NCBI RefSeq assembly: GCF_009914755.1
Contig: NC_060926.1
Origin: the human T2T-CHM13v2.0 reference genome, Homo sapiens
Length of the DNA stretch: 64,000 nucleotides
Reading direction: 5' to 3' (one strand)
In this document: one piece after another, positions 29,770-48,849 of the stretch
Numbering within the stretch: position 1 is the stretch's first letter
Layout: every line of letters begins with the position of its first letter
Position numbers and translations under genes: made by a program
The notes under the pieces: generated by a model
Databases searched by the model: none
Told to the model about the DNA's origin: nothing
What the model saw: only the letters and a program-made list of their open reading frames with translations

Positions 29770-31888
29770 TCACTCAGCTTTACTTGATCAACAGTTTTTT
29801 GGTGGTCTTCGTGTAAGAATTGACAGCTGACATACCTTAGAATTATTTTGTTGAGCATTAATAAATGCATGTGTTAGTAAGAATAGCAAAATCCTGAATG
29901 TGCACTTATTGGCTTCCAGTTCTTTTTGTTCTACTATGAACTGGCACAATTGGTCTATTTATCAGGCTATCATCTATAAAGGAAAAGGATCAGAAAGATT
30001 ATCTTGAAAGTTTCCTGGTCTAAAACTCTATGATTCTAAGATTCTGAAGTTTTCAAACACACATGTAAAAAAATTACTGGAACAGTTTGTTGTTTTTTAA
30101 ATATCTCTTAATAGGAAGTGCACAAATTGTAAAAATTTAAATAAGATTATTTTATTATGGCTCCTTTAAGGAATCTATGATAGCATGTCTTTAAAAACAC
30201 TGTTATAATGAATGCTTTAAATTAAAGGGTTTTTTTGGTTACACAAAGTGGTTTACACTAAGAGTCTGAATCTAAATATATTATTTCCCTTATGTTAATT
30301 GTATTTTCATATAATAACATTTCAACTATTTAGAATTCACCGGCAAGCAATATTGTCTATCCTGAATAGAAGTTCTACCTACCATCAGGAGGTAAGCAAA
30401 AAAGCCTCCTGCCAAAGAAATTCCACATAAGTTGATGACAACTTGTTTCATTAGGTCTTCTCTCAGAGGATATTTAATATTATTTTGCACACAATATTAA
30501 CATGTCTTATATAGACTAGAAACAACAAAATAAACTGTAGAGTGATGCTATATGCAGGTACAGTGATAAATGTAGAAGTAAGAGAGCAGATTATCCACAA
30601 TGGAGGAAACCACATAATTATGAAAAGTAGCTATTATGATCACAAAGTACAAAGTCTGGAGACATTTAAAATGGTCAGTCTTATGCACTTTTTATATACA
30701 GATAGTGAAATAGCAGATGTTCATAATAATCATGTTTCACCATCTGGATGCAGACTTACATTCTCAGCAGAATTTTTTATTTAAGGATTCAGATAAACGT
30801 ATAATATATTTTAGAAACATTTACAAACCAAAATTTTGCTTTTTAACTTTTAGAGGTAAAACATCATATGTCTATAAAATCTGACTATGCAAAATAATGT
30901 TATTCAAAGAATTCTAGACAGCTGGAGTTTTACAATTTTTAGCTTTCTGAAATGTTCTCTAATGTTTTCCTGATTTGCTCTCTCTTGGTTTTAAACCCAA
31001 CTTTTTTGATTCAAGATTTTATTACATATAGATTTCTTTACTATTTTATAAGCAGTTAATATTTTTATATTGGTAAGAATAAAATTTTGTCTTTTATTTT
31101 TAGTTCCACCTTCCTCTTTTTCTTTCGAAACTCATTATTTCAAATATATCAGGAGAATCTTATTCACTAGCAAAGGTCAACTCTAAATAGGAAAATGTTA
31201 CATTTTTAATTGAATCTATGTTTGCTATGGAAGTAAATTCAATTGAAAGAGATTTTTTTCTTCTAAGTAAAAAACTTTCATTTCTTATAAATAAAATACA
31301 GATTAATTACACCTTGTGATCCAGTTGTAATGATTCCATAGCCTTAGCAGAAAATAGTCTGGTCTTTTGGAGGAAGGTCACATTAGAACATCACTTTGAA
31401 GTGAGGCTTTGCACTCTTTTAATATTTTTGGCAGTTTAACTGCAATATCTTTCATATGTGAAATAACTAGGGTGTTTAAACAACTTATAAGAAACTGTTA
31501 AATAGTAAGAGTTCAAACTTCTATTGCTCCACTTAGCACTATGAATACATAAACAATAAAAAAGAAGAGGTAAAGAAAACAACTTATAACCCTCAAATAG
31601 ATGATGGACAAAATGGATGAAGAAGGAAAAAATTTATATTTAGAATTTACAAATTAAAATTTCTTAGCACAATAATAACGGCTGTGTCCAAAGGAAAAAT
31701 TCATCAACCAGAAAAAGGTTGATATATTTCTAACATAACATTGATTTATTTCAATTAACAATAGTTTGAACAATTTATTTTTCGAGTTCATTATAATTAT
31801 AAAATATTTTCTGACAAGCTGATTAATAACAGTACTACCTTATAAGTACCATTAGAGTAGCTCTATAGATCTAGTGTTGAGTTAGATT

Positions 31889-32705
<817 letters not shown>

Positions 32706-33651
32706 ATTTGATAGTGCCCAGCATGGGGCTGTGTGTCTTGGATGTTCTAGCTTGCCCCATTTCCGACAGCAGTGGAGCAATTAGCCACGGCAGCGTCCCA
32801 GGACTTAACTGTTTGCATTACTGGGCAGAGCAGTTAAATGAGTTAATGATTCCATTTTAGCTAGAACTGGTTGAACACTATAAGAAAACCAAAATCTCCA
32901 AGTAACCTTAAATTTGTGAGTTTTATATCAACATCAGTAGCTTAATAACAGCAGATTCAAATTAGGCAGAAAAGAGAAAAATAGAATTTTAGAAGACACT
33001 GCTTAACTTTATAGTTGTAGATTGACAATTTGAGCTCTGAATTTTTCTTACTGCAATTTGCCCATTAGTTTTAAAATGTGCACAAAACAGTCCACAATAT
33101 GTAACCCGCTGAAGTCCCAGAAAACCTGGCATGCCTTTGAAGTGTAAGCCCAGGGCCCACAAAAAACAACAGACAAATTCAAATGACCTGGTTCTCAGAT
33201 TGGGTAAAAGTCCAACAACTATTTCCCTCTCCCACAGGATACCCCGATCAAATACAAAAACAAAGCAGTGAATTCTGAGGAAAAGCCCACATGGAAGGGA
33301 AGGCAGTTCTTGGTTGCACACACTGGAGTGACTTACCAGTCTTGGAGCCTGTCAATACTTCTTTTCCTGGCACCAGCAAAGCTTTACAGGCAGCTGATAC
33401 CAAGAAGAAGGAAGAAAGAAGGGAGAATCTCTGAGACAAAAGCATTATTGGCAGCTGCTGGGATGTCTCTGGAATTCCAGTCATGGTGTCAGCTAGCCAT
33501 GAGCAACTGGCACTCTTGACTGGTTGTTGATCTGCCTGATAGTGTGAATGGTAATTCCTGGGACACTGCTGTGGCCGATTGCTCCATCCATTGGAAATCC
33601 CGCAGGCTAGGACACCCAAGGCACACAGCCCCACATTGGGTGCCATAAAAC
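32706..33651. mobile_element. ERV internal fragments between two inverted LTRs
   Basis: PBS/leader-like sequence at both ends in opposite orientations; no intact retroviral ORF. Confidence 0.55.
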
Positions 33652-34437
<786 letters not shown>

Positions 34438-36099
34438 GTTTGAGAACAAACATATTTTAAAATAAATAAAACAGCATACTAACTTCTACAAAACCAACCA
34501 CTAATTCCCATTTGGTGATGTCATACTCCATTTTTTGTTTTACTTAAGTACATTTGCCTTTTACTACCACATATTGTTTATGCTCACACATTTATTTAAA
34601 TATCAAATGGAAATGAAGTAGAAATAATACTATTTTTAAAAATCTAAAATTTTAAAAACTTTAAAATTTTTAAAATTTTTAAAAATTTGACTCTCAGGAA
34701 GATAAATGGATACCTCCTGTGGTCTCAAAAATTCTAGACTATAAGCTGATGAACTGCAAATTATCATTCACAATTCTGATTTAATGATTAGATAATCAAG
34801 GGTTTTCAAATATTTTGAGAATGATTAAATGCATGTTAAACTAGTATATTTGCTAAATCACTGACAGTTTCACTGAATTTGCATATACTTATTTGTGAAG
34901 TATGGAACTATCATTTTCCTGGATAACCTTCTGTTTTAAACTATTTCCTTGCTAAGATTTCAGATCTATTGGGAAGAATTATCTTCTATTTTAAAACAGA
35001 TATAAATAAAAATACAGGAATGATTTTAGTGAAATAAACATAAAATTTTGCATTTCTATCAAGTTTCCAAGTGATCTTGCTGCTGCTGGTCTGAGCACTA
35101 AACTTACAGAACTTTCCAGAGCCACTTGAGAGAAAGATAGTTGACCTTGAAATTATAAAATCAGTATTACAGTTTTAAATAGAAACTAAACTATGATATC
35201 ATAAAGTTTAAAATTTATTTTCAAAATGTATTCTATATAGCTGCATGTCATTATATATTGTAGAATTCGCTTTTCTTCTTTTAATTTTTGGGATTGTTTT
35301 CCTCCTTGTTAGTCTTCATTTTGTTCTCAACCCAAGCTGTGTCTCCCCTCTCCGTCATTGTTTTGGTAACATTTGTCTGATTTTATGGTTACTATATATT
35401 ACTAAAACGGCAACTTCCTGGAGTAATTTTTCGGATAAGTAATCATTAGAATGTAAGCTTTCTGACACAAGGAACCATATACCGTTCATCTTTAAATCCC
35501 CACCTCCCTCTTATAACTAATGCGTAGCACTGAGTATTGTACATAAAATAAACACATAGGTATTGAATAAATATTATTACATTTTTGACTCTATTTCTTT
35601 TTTCTGAAGACCATAAAAAACACATATAGAGTTTAAATCATCTGAAATTTAAATACGGGGAGATGAAGAAAGTAGGAAGAGAGGAATGGAAGCCTATAGG
35701 GGTCTGTAGGAAGAGAAGGTAGTATGAAATGATTAAACCTGAATCAATCAGGATCTTAAATTATTAATTCCTTTATTTGAATGTACCATGTTTCTTTGTT
35801 ATTTATTTGGTGTTTTATAGCACAATATATCAAGAGGAAGCAACCAATCCAGATATATTGATTAGAAATGAGTTTAAAAATTAAATAGAATTTTACCTGA
35901 AAATAGTTTTTAGAGGACACTGGCTAAATCCAGTCACTATTAAACAAGTCAAATGAAATGAAGTAGTAGAGAATACTTCATAGGACAAAATTAATTGATT
36001 TATATCAAGGAACTCATGAAAATAACTGGCAGTTATATATATTTTCTCAAGTGAGAGAATCCTTGTTTAATCTCTGTAAAAGGTATATAGTAAGTGATT

Positions 36100-38050
<1,951 letters not shown>

Positions 38051-39578
38051 TACTGCAAAGGGTCTGAGATTTTATTCTATTTGCAAACTAACAAGTTAGC
38101 CTTCTTATGTTTTACAGATGTTGATAGAAAACATGAGACTCCTGGGTCAGAAACTAAGAGGTTTATTACTCATGGCACAGAAAACAGAATGATCATTTTC
38201 ATATTTGTAATAGTTCCCTTTGCCCTGGAGTCTTACAGGGGTGACATGGAAAGCCACCTGACATCTGCAGAAGAAGAGGGTTGCATTGTAGAATGGATAG
38301 AGCCAAGAGTCCTGTACTTTTTGAGCAAACCAAAAACCATAGTATGCAGCAAAGAAGCTAGTCCCCCTTTTGCTGGGAGCAAAAAGTTACCCAATAGATA
38401 GTCAAGTTGTGATAGGGAGTCAAACCGTGGTCTCCTTGACCTATGTTGTTACAAATGTGACAAGAGAAACTGCTTGGTGTGAGAAAACTGATAAGCCTTG
38501 CAATCTAGCCTACTTAGTAAGAACACGAAGTGATATTTAGGGGCCATGGTGAGCTGCAAAGGAGCATGGAGAAAAATATAGAACATGTATCATATTTTCA
38601 AAACAATTGACTTTGCAGGGAATGAGTTGATGTAGGGGGAAGGGTGAGAAGATGTAGAAGAATGAAGCAAACAAAAAAGAAATAAAAAAACTGCATTTAA
38701 TAAACACATAATCACAAATATATGTATATATGTATATACATTTATGTATAATTATGTTTTTAATTCAAAGTATAAGTTATGAATAATTTTTTTAAGGTTA
38801 CAACCCCTGGTATTTGGCCATTTTAATCTGTAAATTAAATACTTCAGTGGCTTCCTATTGATTTTAGGATAAGGTCTATATGTAGTGCCTAAATATGACT
38901 TGCAGTGACTTCCACATATAATTCCTGCTTGATTGTTGATCCTCACCTTTAGCTGCAGCCATTGTTCTACACCAGACATTCTGCATATTGTGACTATGCC
39001 AAAGATCACAAAGCAGGAAAAATTATGCCGACTCATTGATGCTTACCTTCAGTGATATAACAGTTGGTTTAGAAATGTGACAGTATTGAAAAGATACATG
39101 TCTTCCCTTATTACAGTTTTGGAGTTTCATTGCTGCTCCAAAGAATGGTAGGTACAAAAAGAGTTCTGCTAAAGGTATAAATAATTTTTACACTTATGTT
39201 AATTAATGTTGGTCAATCACTACAATCTAAGCATTTGTTTTTTAAAAGGTAATGATTTTTTGTTACTTTGAAGAAGTGCATCCATGTATACTAACAGTAA
39301 GTAAACAAGAAGACAAGTTTTTCTACAGAGTATTTCAGAATTCTCTCTGAAACTTTAATTGTGTTACATTTAAATTTTTAACATTTTAAAACCTAATCTA
39401 ATTATAAAACTCTAAATGGTAAATATTTTAGTATGTGTGTAAGAGAAGTTTTAATAATCAACAATAATTTGGGTTAAGGTATTCCAGACACAGAAAATTT
39501 GAGGAGGAGCATTTCCTGCAGAGTGTGTGGTACATTCTTGACCCTTCCACTCTGATCAGCTTCAATTAGAAAGAAAGA

Positions 39579-39923
<345 letters not shown>

Positions 39924-41594
39924 TTACTTTGCTTTACACAATTGGTGGTCTACTATACATACTTTATAGCAAAATATATTTGAAAAGCCAAATGAAAAAT
40001 GGGAAACATGTTTTTTATGAAGAAAAGAGATAATTTCTTGAGAGGGAGAAAAACTGAATCACCACTCTCTTATTCGTTTAGAGTTTAGTGTAGATTAATG
40101 TGATAGAACATCCTAACCCCAAAGGAACAGGTTATTTCCAAGGGAGCGGTTTTCTCTACTGTATGCAAAGACCAAAAGTAAGAGGAAAAGTGTTTCCAAG
40201 ATGGAAAGGGTGAGGAGGGATATTGGTGAGCTTCATTACCAGGCTAATCCTCTCGCATCAGAGACAATTGCTTGCCCTAGGGGTGAAGACATCTTAGTCA
40301 GCACTGCCTAAACAAGGTAGTTTGTGCAGGATATGTATTCTGTCTGCATCTGAGTTTTCTCACTGCTCCCTCAGCAACTGCTTCAAAGGATTATATTGTG
40401 GGATCAAATAAAACATTCCAGATACAGCATCCAGTATGTTTTAGCTGTCATTGTTCTAATAGTCTCAGCCCTGGAAAACTAGCAAAAATCATGAAATTGC
40501 TCCTAATTTAAGACTTTATCTTGTGCCCGCTCACCACACCAAGAAGTAGATGCCTTCATGTGGGTGGTATCCGTAGATCTTAGGCATAACTATATGGGTA
40601 ACAGTGGTATGGGAGTGCTTTGAGTGGTACAGGGCAATTTGCTGAGTGCCCTTCACAGTAAGGTCAGGTAGAAAGACAGTGTCTCAGACACACTTTCCAC
40701 ATTACTTCTCTCTCAGAAGCCAAAATAGTGAGTAATCTTACTAAAGAGAGGCAGTTTTTCATGACTGAAGCTTTCTTAGAAAATAGAATATTTATTTCCC
40801 TCTAAATTCAAGTTTATAATCGAGTAGCCATTGGATTTTCTGGGATGTTTATTAAAAATTCGTGATCAACCAGCAATAATTTTCAACTGTCTCAGTCTCT
40901 GGGAACAATCATCCTTATTCAAATGTTCCCTGGCTGCTAAGCTCACTCATCTGAATATTTTATATTCTATTTCTTTTTTAATGTTTCAAATGTTTCTACG
41001 TAAAAACAAAAAAAGATTCCAAAGCATTGACTGTTTAAAGTAGGTAAATATGAAAAAATGGTAATGAATGGGTAGATTTACATAAGTAAACTTTGTCTGG
41101 ATATTGGAATTATTAAAGAATTTAAAAATAACATTGTGCTGTAAATGCAAGAGTAATGCTAGGGAATATTGATAGGATGTCAGTTTTCATAGGTTGTAGT
41201 TAAAGTAGGGAAAATTGAAGCCGTCATAGCTGTCAGCATAATTGTACCATCCTTGTCTCAGGAAACCTTTCTCCTGCTCTAGTTTGTCATCAGCAACTAC
41301 TGTCTCTAAAGTTCCTGTGATATTCTTATAAACACAAATTATTTTTCTTCTACAAATTTTATGAAAACTTTACAATCATCTGCTTGTGCCTAATTAATTT
41401 ATAAAGTTATTGATAAGGATTTATGAAATACGTAAGTCCTGAAAATCAGGGTGTGTCTGTGTCAGGTAGGAGGGTACCTCTAGACCTTAATTCAATTAAC
41501 ATCAAGGAAGTAATTTAGATTCAAAGTAGGGTTTAAAGCAAGTACACATATTGAACTGCAGAAGTGGCTTATCATAAAAAAATATATTTTTTAG

Positions 41595-41921
41595 GGGCCT
41601 GGCATGGTAGCCCATGCCTATAATCCCAGCAATTTAGAGGGCCAAGGTGTGAGGATTACTTGAGGCCAGGAGTTCAAGACCAGCCTGGGTAGTGCAGTGA
41701 GATCCTGTCTCAAAAAAAAAAAAAAAAGAAAAAGAAAAAGAAAAAGAAAAGAAAAATCTGGGCATTGTGGCATGCATCTGTAGTCTCAGCTATTCCAGCT
41801 ACTCAGGAGGTTGAGGTGGGAGGCTTCCTTGGGCTCATAAATTTGAGGCTACAGTGAGTTATGATCATGCCACTGCATTCCATCCTGGGTGACAGAGGGA
41901 GACCCTGTCTCTAAAAAAAAA
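41595..41921 (+). mobile_element. AluJ with expanded central A-rich linker
   Basis: AluJ diagnostics (gaggccaggagttcaag, gagaccctgtctct) and TSD AAAAAAATAYATTTTT. Confidence 0.9.
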
Positions 41922-42586
41922 TACATTTTTAATTAAAATCTGACTAACCCTTATGTATTTCACATATGGGTCTTAGCTTTCATTACTCTCATGTTTTCTG
42001 AATCTCTGATTTGTGTGGTTCTGTGCACAAGAATCTGTCTCAACAGTCCCAGGATCTGACCAGCCTGGATACGATGTACTAACTGGCCTATTCACTACCA
42101 AACTTGCTTTCCTACCTCCAGGAAGGAAATGGAGCTAAAATGAGTTATCTTTTACAAAGGGAACAATTCAAACTCTGCTTCCCATTATCTAAAAAGAATT
42201 GAGCATTGCATTATGTGCTTAGAAAAAATTTTTTTCTTCTCCTTCTTTCTTTCCTTCCTTCCTTCCTCCCTATTTCTGTCTCTTTCTTCTTTCATGTAAT
42301 ATGCATAATTGTAGACATGCTAAGACATGTTAAAGTCAATCAGGGATTACACAATACTTTAGATAAATCTACTCTGTTTCAGGTATAGGATGTGACAGTT
42401 GAGGATCAGGAGAACTTGCAATGGCTGGAAGAAGGCTCTCTCCAGCAAGACTGTCTTGGAAATTGCTGTATACCCCACTGCATATCGAACAGTGGAATTT
42501 TCTTAAGCAAGTCTCCACTGCTCAAAGTGGGCATTAGATGTGTGTTAAATGTTCACTGCTAGAATTGTCATAATGCTTTCCCAAGT

Positions 42587-42947
42587 CAGACTTCCATTTC
42601 TTTTTTAAATACATTTAAAACTTTTTATTTTGATAGAATTTTAGATTTACAGAAGAGTTACAAAGATAGTATAGCTTAACTCAGCTTTTCCTTTTTTATT
42701 TTTTATTTTTAACTTTTAAGTTAAGTTCAGGGGTGTTGTGGTACATATACACCATGGAATACTTTACACCCATTAAAAAGAATGAGATCACGTTCTTTGC
42801 AGGGACATGGATAGAGCTGGAGGGCATTATCCTTACCAAACTAACACAGGAACAGAAAACCAAATGTGGCATGTTCTCACGTATCAGTGGGAGCAAAATG
42901 ATGAAAACACATAGACACATAGAGGGGAACAACAGACTTCCATTTCT
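42587..42947 (-). mobile_element. Short L1PA insertion with 5' inversion and probable 3' transduction
   Basis: 15-bp TSD CAGACTTCCATTTCT at 42587-42601 and 42933-42947. An antisense L1 3' end at about 42692-42734 abuts sense L1 at about 42737-42937. Confidence 0.8.
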
Positions 42948-43524
42948 ATCTACCTCTTTCTCTGCACAATTCTTCTGTCTTGCCAGTCATTGTCTTTGTT
43001 GCTTTCTTTACCACTGTTTTAAAGTCCTTCTCTTCTCAGTCCATAGATAGTGCCTGATGAGGAAGTGAACAAGATAGAGGAGGGTGCCCTGGACTTCAAA
43101 GGTAGCCCATTCAGTTTTCTCCTATGTATGAAAACAAACCATATTTTTTCATCTGTGTCATGAGAATAGCACTTTCAGGTCTAAATTCACAAAGGCACAT
43201 CATATTAGCCCTTTTGTGTGTGGTAAGAACACTGAATATGAGGTCTACCCTCTCAACACATTTTAAAGTACACAATACAATGTTATTGTATATCAGATAG
43301 TTTTAGGAAAAAACCCTCAGCAGCAAAACAAATCTTGAAATAGTATGGAAGTAATGGTGATTCCATACAGAGTCAATTTACCAGGAGGTCTTGTTGAATT
43401 GCAAGTGACAGAAAGCCCAACAGAAACTGACTTAAGCAAAAGGAATTTATTGTTTTAAAAGAAAGGTCAATGGTGAGGCTTGTTTAAGGAAATGTTAGAA
43501 TAAAGGTTCAAGCAACTCTTTAAA

Positions 43525-46500
43525 AATTTTTTTATTTCAGAATAGTTTTAGATGTACCAAGAAGTTGCAAAGATAAAGAAAGTTCCCATATACTCATATT
43601 CAGTTTTCCCTACTTTGAACATCTTACATCAATATGGTGCATTTGTTACATCTAATGAACCATTATTGACACATTATTATTAACTAAATAAAGTCCATAC
43701 TTTATTCAGATATCCTTCGTTTTTACATAATATTCTTTTTGCCCTAGGATCCCACATTACATTCAGTCAGCATACCTCTTTAGGGATCTCTTGGTTGTGA
43801 AAGTTTCCCTCTTTTCTTGTTTGATGATTGATATGGTTTGGCTGTGTCCCACCCAAATATCATCTTGAATTGTACTCCCATAATTCTCACATGTTGAGGG
43901 AAAAATTCTGTGGGAGAAAATTAAATCATGGGGGTGGTTTCCCCCATACTGTTCTTGTGGTAGTGAATAAGTCACACAAGATCTGATGGTTTTCAAAACA
44001 GGAGTTCCCTGCACAAGCTCTCTTTGCCTGCTGACATTGATATAAGATGTGACTTGCTCCTCCTTGCCTTCCACCATGATTCTGAGGCCTCCTCAGCCAC
44101 GTGGAACTGTGAGTCCAATTAAACCTCTTTATTTTGTAAATTGCCCAGTCTCAGGTATGTTTTTATTAGCAGCATGAAAACAGACTAATACAGTAAATTG
44201 GTTCCAGGAGTGGGGTGTTGCTGAAAAGACAGCCAAAAATGTGAAAGCAACTTTGGAACTTTGTAATAGGCAGAGGTTGGAACAGCTTGGAGGGCTCAGA
44301 AGACAGGAAAATGTCGGAGAGTTTGGAACTTCCTAGAGACTTGTTGAATGGCTTTGCCCAAAATGCTGATAGCAATATGGACAATGAAATCCAGGCTGAG
44401 GTAATCTCAGATGGAGATGAGGACCTTGTTGGGAACTGGAGCAAAGGTGGCTCTTGTTATGTTTTAATAAAGAGATTAGTGGCATTTTGCCCCTGCCCTA
44501 GAGATTTGTCGAACTTTGAACTTGAGAGAGATAATTTAGGGTATCTGGCAGAAGAAATTTCTAAGCAGCAAAGCATTCAAGAGGTGACTTGGGTGCTGTT
44601 AAAGGCATTCAGTTTTATAAGGGAAGCAGAGCATAAATGTTCGGAAAATTTGCAGCCTGACAATGTGATAGAAAAGAAAAATCCCATTTTCTGACGAGAA
44701 ATTCAAGCCAGTTGCAGAAATTTGCGTAAGTAACAAGTAACCGAATGTTAATCCCCAAGACAATAGGAAAAATGCCTCCAGGGCATGTCAGAGGTCTTCA
44801 CGGCAGCCCTTCTCATCACAGGCCTGGAAGTATAGGAGGAAAAAGTGGTTTTGAGGGCTGGTCCCAGGGTCCCCATGCTGTGTGCAGTCTAGGGACTTGG
44901 TGCCCTGTGTCCCAGCTGCTCTAGCCGTGGCTGAAAGGGGCCAAAGTAGAGCTTGGGCCATGGCTTCACAGGGTGCAAGCCTGAAGCCTTGGCAGCTTCT
45001 GTATGGTGTTGAGCCTGCCTGTGCACAGAAGTCAAGAATTGGGGTTTGGGAACCTCCACCTAGGTCTCAGAGGATGTATGGAAACGCCTGGATGTCCGCG
45101 CAGAAGTTTGCTGCAGGGGCGGGGCTCTCATGGAGAACCTCTGCTAGGGCAGTGCAGAAGGGAAATGTGGGGTCAGGGCCCCCGCACACAGTCCCTACTG
45201 GGGCACTGCCTAGTGGAGCCGTTAAGAAGAGGGCCACTGTCCATCATACCCCAGAAAGGTAGATCCACCGATAGCTTGCACTGTGCACCTGGAAAAGCTG
45301 CAGACACTCAATGCCAGCCCATGAAAGCAGCCAGGAGGGAGATTGTACCCTGCAAAGCCACAGGGGTGGAGCTGCCCAAGACCATGGGAAACCATCTCTT
45401 GCATCAGCTTGACCTGGATGTGAGACACGGAGTAAAAGGAGATCATTTTGGAGCTTTAAGATTTGACTGCCTTGCTGGAGTTTGGACTTGCATGGAGCCT
45501 GTAGCTCCTTTGTTTGGCCAATGTCTCTCATCTGGAATGGCTGTATTTACCCAATCCCTGTAACCCCACTGTATCTAGGAATTAACTAACTTGCTTTTGA
45601 TTTTACAGGATCATAGGTAGAAGGGACTTGCCTTGTGTCAGATGATACTTTGTACTGTGCACTTTTAGGTTATTGCTGAAATGAGTTAAGACTTTAGGGG
45701 ACTGTTAGGAATGCAGGATTGGTTTTAATATGTGAGGACATGAGATTTGGGAGGGGCCAGGGGTGGAATGATATTGTTTGGCTGTCTCCGTCCAAATCTC
45801 ATCTTGAATTATACTCCCATAATTCCCACATGTTGTGGGAGGAACCTGGTGGGAGATAATTGAATCATGGGGCTGGTTTCTCCCATACTGTTCTTGTGGT
45901 AGTGAATCAGTCCCATTAGATCTGATGGTTTTAAAAACGGGAGTTCCCTGTACTAGCTCTCTTTGCTTGCCACCATCAATGTAAGAAATTACTTGCTCCT
46001 TCTTGCCTTCTGCCATGATTATGAGGCCTCCCCAGCCACATGAAACTGTGAGTCCAGTTAAACCTGTTTCTTTTGTAAATTGCTCAGTCTTGCATATGTC
46101 TTTATCAGCAGTGTGAAAATGGACTAATACAATGATGTTGATAGTTTTGAGAAGTACTGGTAAGGTATGTTGTAGAATTTCCCTCAGTTGATATTTATCT
46201 GATGTTATCTCTTGATTGATTTGTGGTTATTGGTTTTGGGGAGTAAGATCACAGAGATGAAGTGCCATTCTCATTACATCATACCAAGAGTACATATTGT
46301 CAACATGACTTATCACTGTTGAAATTAATCTTGATCACCTGGGTGTGGTGGTGTTTATCAGCTTTCTTCACTGTCAAGTTGGGATTTTACTATACAAGAA
46401 ACTCACTATGTGTAGTCTATACTTAAGGAACATGCAGCTATGCTCCATCTCCTGGAATGTAGAGTATCTACATAAATTACTTGAAATTATTCATCACGGG

Positions 46501-46920
46501 AGATTTTCCCATTCTTCTCCATTCATTTATTTATCATTTAATCATTTATTTGTATCAGTATGGACTCACAGATATTTCTTTTATACTTTGAGTTATATTT
46601 CAGTACTACTTTATTAATTTGATTGCTCAAATTGTCCTAGCTTCACCTAGGACAATTGGCTGCTGTGTCCTTTTGACCTATGTCCATCACTTTGAGATTT
46701 TTTTTTTAGAGGTGGGATCTTTTTTACTTTCTGGAACTGTAAGATCCTCTAGGCTCATCTTGTTTATTCCCAGTCAAGCCCTAAAACCAGCCATCTCTCC
46801 AAGGAGCCCTCTATCCTTTTAATTAGAAAATGGTGTTAACATCTAAAATCTGAAGTGCTCATTGTAATGGGGGTGTTCTTGCTTCTAGCTTATAGAGCAA
46901 AGAAATAAATGTGTGTATAT
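43525..46920 (-). mobile_element. Old L1M 3' region split by the THE1 insertion
   Basis: L1MB/MC-type 3'UTR text on both sides of the THE1 TSD. Confidence 0.7.
43829..46131 (+). mobile_element. Full-length THE1 (THE1B-like) MaLR element: LTR 43829-44192, internal 44193-45768, LTR 45769-46131
   Basis: Direct LTRs TGATAT...ACTAATACA, a polypurine tract before the 3' LTR and 5-bp TSD ATGAT (43824-43828, 46132-46136). Confidence 0.95.
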
Positions 46921-48456
46921 ACAGGTTTAAGTCATTGTATCTGGGCTTAAGTTTTCTCTTTCTTCACTCAGGTCTTCCATGCTGACTCAATTCTTAGATA
47001 GATAATTTCTTCATACTTGCAATCATGCTGGAGCAACTCCAGAACTAAGTCCCAAGGGGCAGAGTACGAATCTCCCAAAATTTCCAACAAATTCTTACCA
47101 AATCTAATTTGGCTCCTTTTAAGACACATACCAACTTCAGAACTGATCACAGTAGCCAAGAATAATGAGATATTCTTTTGGGTTAAACCTGGAACATATG
47201 TTCCTTGCCAGAGACAGAGGATTGACCCTGTTTGAACTACATGGGCTCAGAACACTAGAGAAATGAGTTTTCAGTGGTTGTTGGTGAAAAAGTGAAATAT
47301 ATATGCTGTATGTTTGAAATGATACTTTTCCACCATTGTCAATTAGTACTACTTCTATGAATTCAGAAATCTAAAATTGGCCACCACTTACAGTGAAGTC
47401 TTGAAAGAAAATAAGATAGTTACTTTTATAAAGAGATGCATCAGTAAATGGCTTGGGCTCTATCTATAGCAAATGAATGCTCGTAACTTCTGAAAATTGA
47501 ATAGCACTTTACTGTATTATTGCATGTAATTATTTTCTGCTTTAAAACTAAAAATAAAAAGAGTACATCCATTGTCAGCTTCCTTTCTGGTTTTGCTTTT
47601 TAAAATAATTTCACTTTTACATAAACGGAGCATTTAGGCTGGGAGGAGATAAAATTTGTTGTCTTTTGTGGTTGTTGCTTTATTTTTACTGTCTCCATTG
47701 GTTTTCTTTATTTACCTTTTTCAGTAACACATTCAAAGGGAAAGTAGATAGTTTGCTGTTCATTCATCAAAATATTAAGGCACTTTTTTTCCACTCCAAG
47801 GAAGTTTGTGCAGTATATTAAAAAGGAAATATTATAGGATGCAAAGGCATTATAAACCAAACAATTACTGTGGTCTGAAGTTTTTGTTCTTTCTCAGTAA
47901 AGCTTTCATACTTCTTTTTAATTAAACTAGTTATTAACAGAATAAAAATTCAAATGTAACACATTTATTTTCAAATTTGTTCCTTGAAAATACATACTAG
48001 TTTAAAGATATTAGCAGTCCTCCTAAAAGGTTGCATCAAGTTTTTACTTGAAGGCAATTATTGGTTCTGTTTATATTTGTTAAAATTATTTTTTGCTTTT
48101 ATTTCATTGCTTTTCAAACCATCGTAGAGACCAAAAGGTTTACAAAAGAAAATGTTAACATAGCTTTAATTGGAATTTTTAAAACCACTTCTGCTTAGGT
48201 CCCTGTGAAATGTGTTTCAAATTGTAGTTGAACCACAAATATCTTGGGTGACTTCCAATTTTGAAATCCATGAAATGGATATAATCAAAATAGTAACTCT
48301 GAATTAAAATTTTGGCTACTTGAAAACTTCACAGAATTAGACTTACAGGTTTTTATTTGTTTGAGGAGTGTAGTTAATGATACTTATTTCAGTCGTAAGT
48401 CTTCTGTTTTTGAACTCTTTGGAGAAGAATTTTTTCCCATTTCTCCTCTACATTAA

Positions 48457-48849
<393 letters not shown>

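Noticed and set aside
34630-34690. AT-only quasi-palindrome (aaaattttt runs)
   Set aside because: Low-complexity sequence whose self-complementarity follows from composition.
44166-46016. Several 74-186 aa ORFs
   Set aside because: All lie within the THE1 LTR/internal sequence and are broken remnants of a multicopy MaLR element.
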